Shown piece after piece: positions 1-9,579 of a DNA stretch of 26,299 nucleotides. The position numbers and the translations under genes were made by a program. The DNA is from Octopus sinensis (taxonomy: Eukaryota). Each line of letters opens with the position of its first letter. The first letter of the stretch is position 1. Under the pieces are notes generated by a model that was given only the letters and a program-made list of their open reading frames with translations, did not search any database and had not been told where the DNA came from. The stretch covers positions 1 to 26,299 of the forward strand of contig NW_021834778.1 of NCBI RefSeq assembly GCF_006345805.1, given 5' to 3'.

Positions 1-72
1 CAGTTAAGATAATGCTTAAGAGCCTTTATAGTCCGGAGATTTAGCTTAGTGACCTTGATTAGACAAACCACT
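1..72 (+). repeat. Diverged copy of the ~83-bp repeat unit found upstream of the Helitron ORF; probably part of another Helitron extending beyond the window's left edge
   Basis: TTAAGATAATGCTTAAGAG...TTAGCTTAGTGACCTTGATTAGACAAACCACT matches 19637-19708, then breaks off into the inverted module at 70. Confidence 0.8.
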
Positions 73-413
73 GGCGGAGATGGGGCAGCCGGAGATGGGG
101 CAGGCAGAGTAGCAGCAGCCAAAAAAGCGACACACAAAAAAGATTTAATTACCTTAAGCTGACCGTTTTTTCTTCAGCTTCGTTTTTCCTCCTTCGTTAT
201 CTATTTAAAAAAAATTATTTTTGAATAATAAAAAATATTAGAAAAAAAGAGGCATACAGAAAATAAATTCTATCTTTACGAAAAACTTCTTTTCTTAAGG
301 TCGTCTTCCCTCCTTCAGTTATCTATTGAAAAAATTATTTTTGAATAATAAAAAAGTTTAGGAAAAGAGGCATACCGAAAATAAATTCTACCTTTACGAA
401 AAACTTAACTAAA
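70..413 (-). mobile_element. Inverted partial copy of the distal part of the non-autonomous Helitron module (15-mer units plus two ~115-bp AT-rich units)
   Basis: Reverse complement matches about 1270-1506, 10595-11140 and 16520-17060 (e.g. AAAAAACGGTCAGCTT, GTGTGTCGCTTTTTT, CCCCATYTCCGCCAGT). Confidence 0.8.
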
Positions 414-1600
414 TCTTAATAATAAAATGGTATGGTGTGTGTCTGTCTGTCTGTCTGTGTGTCTGTCTGTCTGTCTGTGTGTGCACACCAACTTCAAATT
501 GGCAATACGATGTCCTTGACTTACATGATGAAGTCCTTAAAACCTTCCCCCCCAAACAAATTAAAAAAAAATTTTCTGCATTTTGGTTAAAATGAACAAC
601 TACAATGTCCTCGACTTACATGATGAGTCCTTAAAACCTTCCCCCCAAAAAAATTAAAAAAAAATTTTCTGCATTTTGGTTAAAATGAACAACTACAATG
701 TCCTCGACTTACATGATGAAGTCCTTAAAACCTTTCCCCCAAAAATCAAAAAATTATTTTCTGCATTTTGATAAAATGAACAACTCGAATGTCCTCGACA
801 TTCATGATGAGGTCCATTAAAACCTTCAAGGCAAAATCTCACGTATTAAGAATATCCTTGATGAAAACGACAGCGAGAATATTAACAATGATGAACTCCC
901 AATTATTCGCGATAAAGAAATTCAATTCATCCTATGTTTTTTCTCTTTAAAATTAATGCATATATCATTATCGACCATGAATCAAAATTAAAGCTATTAT
1001 CATATTTGACTTTGACAGAATGTGCAATCACAGATTGCACGACTTTGAATAGAGTGTGCAATTAACAGATTTTGAAAAACCACTTTGATAGTTGAAACCA
1101 CATTAGCACAATCATTAACACAATTTACCACCATTGACGCACGACCTTGAATAGAGTGTGCAATTAACAGATTTTGAAAAACACTTTGATAGTTGAAACC
1201 ACATTAGCACAACCATTAACACAATTTACCACCAATTGACAGCGCAATCAGAAGAATTTGCGTAAAAATATTAACTATTTACTTGAGTTTTTCGTAAAGA
1301 TAGAATTTATTTTCGGTATGCCTCTTTTCCTAAACTTTTTTATTATTCAAAAATAATTTTTTAAATAGATACCGAAGGAGGAAAAACGAAGCTGAAGAAA
1401 AAACGGTCAGCTTAATAAGGTAATTAATTAAATCTTTTTTGTGTGTCGCTTTTTTTGTGTGTCGCTTTCTTGCCTGCCGCATCTCCCCCTGCCCCATTTC
1501 CGCCAGTAAAAAACAAAAAAAGAAAAAAAGGAAATTACAAAGAAAAATGAAAAAATTAATATAAAAAAAAATAAACCACAAAAAATGAAAAAAAAAGTGT
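414..1600 (+). mobile_element. Non-autonomous Helitron-like module, copy 1 (5' end present, no CTAG end seen)
   Basis: Starts A|TCTTAATAATAAAATGG followed by a (TGTC)n microsatellite, typical of animal Helitron 5' ends; collinear with copies at 9480 and 15687; shares GTGTGTGCACAC..ACTTCAA with the autonomous element's 5' region (19431-19447). Confidence 0.7.
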
Positions 1601-1660
1601 GCAATGACAATAAACAAGGCCCAGGGACAGTCATTAAAGGTAGTTGGGTTATTTTTAGAG
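1601..1660 (+). mobile_element. 60-bp fragment of Helitron PIF1 helicase (AMTINKAQGQSLKVVGLFLE)
   Basis: Near-identical to about 25564-25623 and 18701-18760. Confidence 0.85.
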
Positions 1661-1671
1661 GTAGTTGGGTT

Positions 1672-2213
1672 AATTTTTGAAGCTGTAACTAAGGCAATTT
1701 TTTTCAAAATAGGGCCTGAAATCGGAATTTTATCTACGCGTAGTCTTTGAAATATTTCAAAGACTTGATCATCAAATTTATCTTTATCGGCTTTAAATGT
1801 GTCATATTCCTCAGAATAGTATTGCCGTGTTGCAAGAAAGGTACAATATTTCGTTTTATTCTTGATATTGTTCCTTTACTTGTGTTGTACTTTTTCATTA
1901 GTTGCCTCTCAGATAAATTTTTCTTCAAAATTTCTTTAGCAATCTTCAATTTAGTTTCGTAATCCATAACCACAACAATAAAAATATAAATTGAAAATAA
2001 AACAAAAAATAATTAATTTATTATAATTTTATTTTATTTTTAATTCCTTATAAATGATTTTATGGTGCCCCAAAAATTCCATAATTTTTTATCGATTTTT
2101 ATTTTTTTTCTGCCAAAATGTACTTTTGGAATAAAGTGCCCCAAATTGCGGGGGTGCCCCAAAATCCGAGGGTGCCCCACCCCTGGGGTCTGCCCCATTT
2201 TGGGGTCGGACTG
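1672..2213 (-). mobile_element. Tigger/pogo-like DNA transposon, 5' fragment (TIR plus N-terminal HTH region)
   Basis: Near-identical to 6373-6917; end reads TA|CAGTCCGACCCCAAAATGG on the minus strand with TA at 2214-2215; repeated GTGCCCCA subterminal motifs. Confidence 0.85.
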
Positions 2214-2215
2214 TA

Positions 2216-2590
2216 ATTCGAATTTGACTCATCACTTAGTTCTGGATTTCTTCCGTCGAACATTAACAATGCATTTATTTGATCCTCTGTTCTTTCCGAA
2301 TCTCTTTTATCCCCCATAAAAATTTTGAAGGGCGCCCATTTGGTAGTTTCATGTTGTGTAGTGTTATATTTGTATACAATTTCTTGATAAAATTCCTTGA
2401 ATTTCCCTAGCATTCCGTTGCATGCACTTGTAGAGCTAATCCATCTTTTAATTGATTGATTAAACCTACAAATAAATTGACTATAAGAAACCTCTCCACT
2501 TGCCCCTGAACCCAGGGTGCTCTAGGTCGTCCACATATATGAGTGATGTTTAATTCGGAGCACATTAATTCCAAGCATTTATTCGAGTAA
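2216..2590 (-). pseudogene. Ginger-like/rve DDE integrase remnant A (C-terminal part) with a 26-nt intron at 2466-2491
   Basis: Minus strand reads SNKCLELMCSELNITHICGRPRAPWVQGQVER|FNQSIKRWISSTS after removing a GT..AG segment; homologous to 8584-8880. Confidence 0.8.
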
Positions 2591-3200
2591 GCATTCGAGG
2601 TTAATCATAATGAAGAATTTCCCGTGGAAATTGATATGAGTAAAAAAGGACAGAAGGACCGGAGGATTCAATAAGTTCACGGATCGAATGAACGGCCGCT
2701 TCGCCATGTAGTTCTCTACGTTATTTTTTACATCCACATGGATTAATCCACCAATTTTGCGAATAAGAGAACAAGTTCTTCCTCGCTATGTTTGCCGACT
2801 GATCGGCATTTTCTCCAAACATAACTCTGAACGATGCAAACGACATAGCGGAATGTACCGTTGAGTTATATGAACCCTTTATCCTGTCTTTTATTCAAAT
2901 CCATTTATATTTGAGGTTCTCAGATAAACGGGTGGAGGACAACATATATTTCAAGGATTGGTTTAATTTTTCTATCTGCCCCTGCACCCAATGGCACCTT
3001 GTATGACCTCTCACGTGTTTTATCCTGTACTCATCACACAATCGGGAAATCCTATCGTTGACAAATTCCTTCCCTTTGTGTCGTATGAAGAATTATACGT
3101 TTTCCAAGAAATGGTTCGACGCATGTTTTAAACATATAAAAAGTTTTCGGGAAGTGTTACCACCATGGACGCGACATAATACAATTTTTGTAAATAAATG
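2590..3200 (-). pseudogene. Ginger-like/rve DDE integrase remnant B
   Basis: Minus strand: GKRIILHT(fs)GKEFVNDRISRLCDEYRIKHVRGHTRCHWVQGQIEKLNQSLKYML...YNSTVHS; frameshifts and stops; boundaries approximate. Confidence 0.75.
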
Positions 3201-3243
3201 TAATTCAAAAAATATATAAAACACGTTTTAGTTCTTAAGCTAC

Positions 3244-4930
3244 ATGAGTGCTGTTTGGGGAAAATCCGTTGCTTTTATTTGGTGAAAGAAATTCGGGAAA
3301 TTCTGTTAGAGAAACAAACCGTTATTATCTAATTATTAATTTAATTAAAATTCAACCCAGATAGACCTCAATAGTTAAAGCTTTTTCGTCCTGGGGCCAA
3401 TTCTCGTTATCGTTCCCCTGCCCGTGAGGCAACGAGTACTTCTGGCACGACACAGTTGGAAATGGGGATCTCTTACCTTCCTTCCGGTCTTAGCGTGGCG
3501 TTATGGGGTCCACCATGTCAGTTGGAAAATTCCATTCGGATATGGCAACGCTCAGGAGGCACTTAATGCCTACCGAAAAAGGACTTCTAGATCTCAGACC
3601 CTGGGACATCGTCGTCTCTGTCAGATCATTGTGAACAGGATTGAACCTTTCAGAAGGATCTCCCTCGCTTGATTCGGGGATCACGGGGATTATTATAGTT
3701 AACTGGCTTACCCGTCATTGGTCTTAATAAATAAATAAAATAAATAAAGCCGCATGTGCAATCGGGATCATTCTGAAATCCAGTCTAGGCCAATTGATCT
3801 TGATAAAATGATGGTTGGAGTATTTTTCCACATTGACGGTGTTAGGATTTCACTATCGCCACATACTAGGATTAATGAACGTGGAACATCCTGCTGCTAA
3901 AATCCTCGTCCAATTAGCTAATCTCCAGAGACCAAGAAGTAGGGGACAGCACAACATCAGTGGTAATACAATCTCCGTCTCAAACCAGGTGATTATCACA
4001 GCAGAACTCTTCAAAAACGCAGAAAAATTAATCGCCATGAACGTCCATTCAACTTCAGTAATCAACGGCTACAGAGGCGTATAAGTTTATTGAGGAGAGG
4101 ATGTTGATATCGGGGAATGAGATTAATAAGACGTGGTTGATTAACAGTGCTAAGACATCGATGCAGAGTAAAGTCATTGGGCCGTATGAAGAAACGTCTA
4201 AATTGTAGAAATGCTGACTTTTTTGCCCCAATCTGTGTGGAAGCCTGTTCGAAGGTCAAATTAGATGTGGGAGGGCAGACAAGAGTGCCTATCAAGGCAG
4301 TCAACATCTTCAAAGCACATGGGCAGAATGTGAGGGAGTCATTCCTCGCTAACAGATATGCTGTGAACTGCAGAGTGTAGGTGATGTTTTCTGTGATTTT
4401 ATTCCAGATATGGTCAAATCTGTCGCCAATCCTAAGATCGCCTGTTTAGGCTTTGGTTTAATGAAGTCTAAGCTCAAGTTGGGAGTGCAGGTGATGGTGA
4501 ATGATCCTTCCAAACTGGAAGACTGAAAAAGTTTGTGTCTGCCAATGCTATGGCTGTGAGGGAGTATTGAAGTCGGATCTCAAACGGATAGCCAAGCAAC
4601 TGGAGGTGCCAGTGTTTATTTATTAATTCAGCTACTGTGGTGGATGATATGGCCTCATTGGAGAGAGTGAGACATTTTAGTCGTCTTTCGTTGTGAATGC
4701 AGCGCAGGTCAGTCAGCAGTGGGTCGGCGATGATGAATTGATTCTTATTACTGAGTAGTGTCACAATGATGCCATTTGTAGATTAAAAGCGAGGTTGGCT
4801 GCCTCCATTGTAATCAGAAGACCCAATTATTTTGGTTGTTATGAGATCGAGAGGTCAATCCACGACGCTTTGTGTGCGACTAAGCGGATCATGGAGTCCA
4901 AGAGTTGTGTCGTGGGTGGCGGCTGTGTAG
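3244..4930 (+). pseudogene. cct1: T-complex protein 1 subunit alpha (CCT1) pseudogene, intron-retaining, 3'-truncated, with internal deletions and an insertion after exon 1
   Basis: Pieces translate to LLFGERNSGNSVRETN, KSSLGPIDLDKMM, EHPAAKILVQLA, TTSV|VIITAEL, AKTSMQSKVIG, KAHGQNVRES, PKIACLGFGLMKSKLKLGVQV, DLKRIAK, DDELILI, EIERSIHDALCATKRIMESKSCVVGGGCVEA; six GT..AG introns of 25-27 nt; multiple frameshifts and stops. Confidence 0.92.
3361..3748 (+). mobile_element. Insertion within the CCT1 pseudogene ending in a (TAAA)n-like tail; possible 3' end of a LINE
   Basis: GC-richer block separating CCT1 exon 1 from exon 2; ends GGTCTTAATAAATAAATAAAATAAATAAA; no convincing protein motif or TSD. 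Confidence 0.35.
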
Positions 4931-5429
4931 AGGCTGTTTTTTTCAACATTTACAAAACGAATTTTACCATCCACAATCTAAAATTCAATTGATGCATTGG
5001 GCAAACAAATTAATGGTCTATAATCAAGATAACTCAAATCCAATAGTTAAAAATGTATTGAGACAGAATTCCTTAGATTATATAATGGAATATTTGCTAG
5101 AACATATGCTTCAGTTAAATGTATAAAAAATCATTTGTATCAACCAGTTGTAGGAATACTTATTTGAATTCATATTTTAGAATCCTTTATATGACTTTAT
5201 TAATAAAAGAAACTAATTAACTAATTAATTTTCTAAGTCCAGAGCCTTCGAAAATCCTTATATGTAAATATGTTTTAAGTAGATCGTGTCTTTCCACAAC
5301 TATTTATTACGGAATTTTACACACAAATTACAATATGAAGATCCAGTTGGATGTGATTAGAAAATCTTTTTATTATTATTTTTGATCCAAAATTTGTATA
5401 GTTAATTAAAGTAATTAATTATATGATTT

Positions 5430-6917
5430 GTTGTCTTTTCCGTCTAAAAAAGGTCGGTATGTTTTAACCCCTGAATTGCGTATCATAAACATTATGTTCA
5501 TGTCTTCGCATTCTCCATCAATTGGTTTCGTTAACAACTTGATCTAAATGTTCATCTGTTAGACAGTTTTTGTTGCATAAGAATCACGGTTCCTGTCGAT
5601 TTTCTTCCAACAATTAACAATACTTTTAGCATCTATTTTCTCCCATCCTTTTGAAATTAGCATCATAACCTGACGCAAATTTAATTTACCAATAGAATGT
5701 GTAAAATCGTTTTCGAAATCTTGAAAACATAAAATTCCATTAAGAAAGAGGAATAATAATCTTTAAAAATCTTGATTATTCCCATATCCAAAGGTTGTAA
5801 ATAGGGCGTTGTATTTTTCGGCAAAAATAAAAATTCGATGTTCGAACATTCGCAGTTTTATGGCATCCCGCATTGTCAAGTATTTAATATATTTTTCTGT
5901 TGTTTTTGCAAAACGATTCATTTATAAGTGTAAGCCAACTCATAAAAGTCTTTCCAGTCATCCATGCATTTTGAGAAGATGAATACAATAACCCGAATCT
6001 TGAACATCAAAATTTTTTAGACACCGAGGTTTTTTATATTTTCCAATAATCAATGGATTAAGTTTTTCCCCGATTAAACTGCAGCATAGAAGAACAGTGA
6101 GTCTTTCTTTCCCTTGTTATAACAAAACACGGTTCGCCTTGTTCAACAAATGATTTTTGAGGAGTTCTTTTTATAAAAAGCGCAGTTTCATCACAATTAA
6201 ATATATTCTCAGGTCCATTATTTAATACTTTCTGGTCATATTTTTCAAAATAATTTTTCACATAAGATAAATCACATGAAGCTTTTTCACCACATATTGA
6301 CTTGAATTGAAGTTCATGCCGCAATTTAAATCTATCAAGCCACCCATTGGAAGCTTTAAAAGAAGTAAATCCAATTTTTGAAGCTGTAACTAAGGCAATT
6401 TTTTTCAAAATAGGGCCTGAAATCGGAATTTTATCTACGCGTAGTCTTTGAAATATTTCAAAGACTTGATCATCAAATTTATCTTTATCGGCTTTAAATG
6501 TGTCATATTCCTCAGAAATAGTATTGCCGTGTTTTGCAAGAAAGGTACAATATTTCGTTTTATTCTTGATATTGTTCCTTTACTTGTGTTGTACTTTTTC
6601 ATTAGTTGCCTCTCAGATAAATTTTTCTTCAAAATTTCTTTAGAGCAATTCAATTTAGTTTCGTAATCCATAACCACAACAATAAAAATATAAATTGAAA
6701 ATAAAACAAAAAATAATTAATTTATTATAATTTTATTTTATTTTTAATTCCTTATAAATGATTTTATGGTGCCCCAAAAATTCCATAATTTTTTATCGAT
6801 TTTTATTTTTTTTCTGCAAAAATGTACTTTTGGAATAAAGTGCCCCAAATTGCGGGGGTGCCCCAAAATCCGAGGGTGCCCCACCCCTGGGGTCTGCCCC
6901 ATTTTGGGGTCGGACTG
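5430..6917 (-). mobile_element. Tigger/pogo-family transposon; frameshifted transposase (about 6677-5440) with CENP-B-like HTH and DDE_1 domain
   Basis: Motifs IPISGPILK..FKASNGWLDRFKLRH, IFNCDETALF, PLIIGKYKKPRC, NAWMTGKTF, LDNAGCH, QPLDMGII, VNCWKK; 5' TIR ends at 6917 next to TA; 3' TIR not found. Confidence 0.9.
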
Positions 6918-7049
6918 TATATTCTATTTTGATTTTTGTACTATTTTATTGTTCATTTTAGTAAAATATTTATCTTTATAATCTTGAGATGAAATTAGTA
7001 TTATATCTGATATTTTTTTAAAGAGAAAAACATAAAATTATTAATTGTT

Positions 7050-8320
7050 TTGGACTTTGTGCAGCAGATTGGGCACAGTCAATGTCAGTATACAAATCTG
7101 GTTTTCAAGTTAGAAATTATCTGGATACACTGCATGCTTTTTACTAAATTACTTTTTAATCAGTTCGTCTGCTCTCAGTCGATTCTCTTCTTCGAGCCTA
7201 AGCCACTTTTGTGGTTGTTCTCAAGTTTGATTCTATGGCCTTACTCTGGCAACTTCCTCCGTCAGAGAAAAGAGAGAAAAAAGAAAAGGCAAAATCTAAT
7301 TAAGAAGGATGAAAGCAGAAGCTTTTTGGTCAGTTCTCATTTCTGACCCTCGCTTATGACCAGATACCTATGGCCATCATCTATTTTTGTCTGATTTGAA
7401 GCCACCAGGAAGGCTCGGTTGTAACTTTTGCCATTGCATAGAATAGACTTTATCGCCATCACCACCTCTCTAATACCACGTTCAATATTGCCCAGTCGCT
7501 GTTAGCTCTCTTAAACCAGAGAGATGGATAACTGGCAACATCCCTCCAAGGATCGCCCTTCATCTCCATCAGCGTGGAGGTTAGCCCAGAACTCTGAGTA
7601 AATCTCGCCTCAAGCCATACTTATTGCTTAGCAGAAGATGGAGGAACCAAATAATCTCTCCTTATTGCTTGGCAACACATGGATGCGATTCTCTCGGAGT
7701 ACTCTTCGGACAATGAGTCCATTTCATCGTACTCACTCGTCTCGATTTCGATTTCACTCGTCTCGTACTCGTTCAAGGCATGAAATAAGTTCCGTTCATT
7801 GAGGCGAGTTTTACATAACATTGCTGCCCTACTACGCACACCCTCCGCTACACACTTTCTCGTTTCGGGTGTGATTAATAGGCTGGACTCTCAACCACAC
7901 CAAGATACTTATACCCTTGTGTTCCTCCTCCAAGACTTTGACTAAATCACCCATACAGGGGTGTTAGTCGCCGACTTGTAGTTGAGCTCCAACCCCACGG
8001 CCTTCATGAAACCTTCCAAGACATTGCCCATCGAGTGGAGGATCTCTGGAGAACGAACGAATAGTTTAATGTCGTCCATGAACATGAGATGGTTGGTGCT
8101 AAAACACTCTCCTTCATGTTCAATTGACATTTGTTTGAATTGGGCAGTGAGGACTTACTCAGCGGTTTTAGGCAGAAGATGAACAGCAGCGGGGACATAC
8201 TGTCGCCCTGTAATATGCCCTTTTTCTAGCTTCACCTCTCCTATATCGAATTTGTTGTAGTGTAGATGCACATTCCACCTGTTTATCACAGTTGCAATAA
8301 TTTTATATACAAAATTTCTT
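7050..8320 (-). pseudogene. Decayed non-LTR retrotransposon reverse transcriptase region (R4/NeSL-like suspected)
   Basis: Minus strand motifs KGILQGDSMSPLL, NHLMFMDDIKLF, VGLELN, GYKYLGVVE, KTRLNERNLFHALNEY; many frameshifts; boundaries and clade uncertain. Confidence 0.8.
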
Positions 8321-8409
8321 CCTCTGTCAATATTTTTTTTTATCCAGTTCCGGAATGTCGGTTATTTGATCCAGTTTTTTGAATTTCTGAATCACATCTG
8401 ATACAGTTT

Positions 8410-9420
8410 ATTTTGGGACTCCTATACTTGCAGAAATCATTCGATAAGTCATATTATGATTAAAAATGCAAATTGTTAAGTACGTCTTCTTGCATTTTAT
8501 TACTTCTTCGCTTTCTTCTTGATACACAAAATCTACTTCTTCGTATTCATTTTCCTTATCGTAAAAGGATTTCATAATTACCATTAAAAGCCAATAAGAC
8601 TGCATAATGTAATCATCAGTTTTTTTTCATATCCCACTTCCATTAAAATGTTAAATGGAATATGCTTTGTAGTGTCATGTTTTGAATTATTATATTCGTC
8701 GACAATTCTTTTAATAATTGCATGATATTCTCCAAACATTCCATTTGAAGCGCTTGTAGAAGAGATCCATCGTTTTATAGATTGGTTAATCTTAAAGTTA
8801 ACAAAATAAATATACCGTTTTACCTGACCTTGTAATCCAAAGTGCACGTGGTCTTCCACATATGTGCTTAGTGACAAACTTCGTGCACATTTTCTCCATC
8901 ATATTGTTTTTGAACTCCTTTCCATTATCTGTTTGCAAGATTAATGGAGCTCAAATCAATCATAAAAATGTTTTCAATAATAGGCACTGTTTTTCTGTGG
9001 CGCATTTGGTTCTAGCAAGTTCTACAACCCCATATTTTGAAAAAGAGTCAATCAAAAAGAGAATCTGGATAAATCGTAATACCCATTTAAAGGTGTTATT
9101 TATTTCTGATCTTCTTAAATCGATCAAATCAGCAATGTATCTATCTCTTGGGCCTTTTGCAATAATAGGAGTGATAACCGGCCTTGTAGCTAGCAATTTT
9201 CGGACTGAAATCGAATAATTTAACTAAATACCTGACAATGAGCACATTTTTCAATTATTTTGCTAGTCTCTCTTCGAGTTGCACTATATATCTTTCCCTT
9301 AAGCATAGAAACATTTTTCTCCTTCCAATTGATAATCTATATTAATTTTGTTTGATAACATAATAATGCATCAGTAATAATGTATGCAGCCGAATCTTCT
9401 CCGAAATTAATATCCGGACT
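8410..9420 (-). pseudogene. Ginger-like/rve DDE integrase remnant C with H2C2 zinc-binding region and micro-introns
   Basis: CAHCQ|..LATRPVITPIIAKGPRDRYIADLIDL, LIDSFSKY, LILQTDNGKEFKN, CGRPRA..QGQVKR|.NQSIKRWISS; GT..AG segments at 9205-9231, 8791-8815 and possibly 9065-9082. Confidence 0.85.
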
Positions 9421-9579
9421 GTAACTGCAAAAGATACAAACAAAATGAAATCAAAACACTGGATTTAGTATTTTATTAATCTTAATATAAAAGGTATGGT
9501 GTGTGTCTGTCTGTCTGTGTGTCTGTCTGTGTGTCTGTCTGTCTGTCTGTGTGTGCACACCAACTTCAAATTGGCAATA

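Noticed and set aside
70-1506. Mutator/foldback transposon with long TIRs
   Set aside because: No target-site duplication (AGACAAACC vs AAAAAACAA); better explained as a nested inverted Helitron-module insertion
2590-2730. Plus-strand resemblance to a ubiquitin-specific protease (EEFPVEIDMSK)
   Set aside because: The minus strand continues the integrase B reading frame, and no Cys or His box could be assembled
3244-4930. Microsporidian or bacterial origin suggested by AT-richness and TE types
   Set aside because: Seven intron positions in CCT1 are inconsistent with intron-poor microsporidia or with prokaryotes
4940-5130. Possible Tc1/IS630 C-terminal remnant (HPQSKIQLMHWANKL)
   Set aside because: Similarity to the P.SPDLNPIE.W motif is too weak to support by eye
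5130-5430. 3' TIR of the Tigger element
   Set aside because: No match to TA|CAGTCCGACCCC found; the end is deleted or decayed
9405-9424. TA|CAGTCCGGAT as a terminal inverted repeat of integrase element C
   Set aside because: The only partner-like sequence (CAGTTCCGGA near 8345) matches poorly and no TSD is evident
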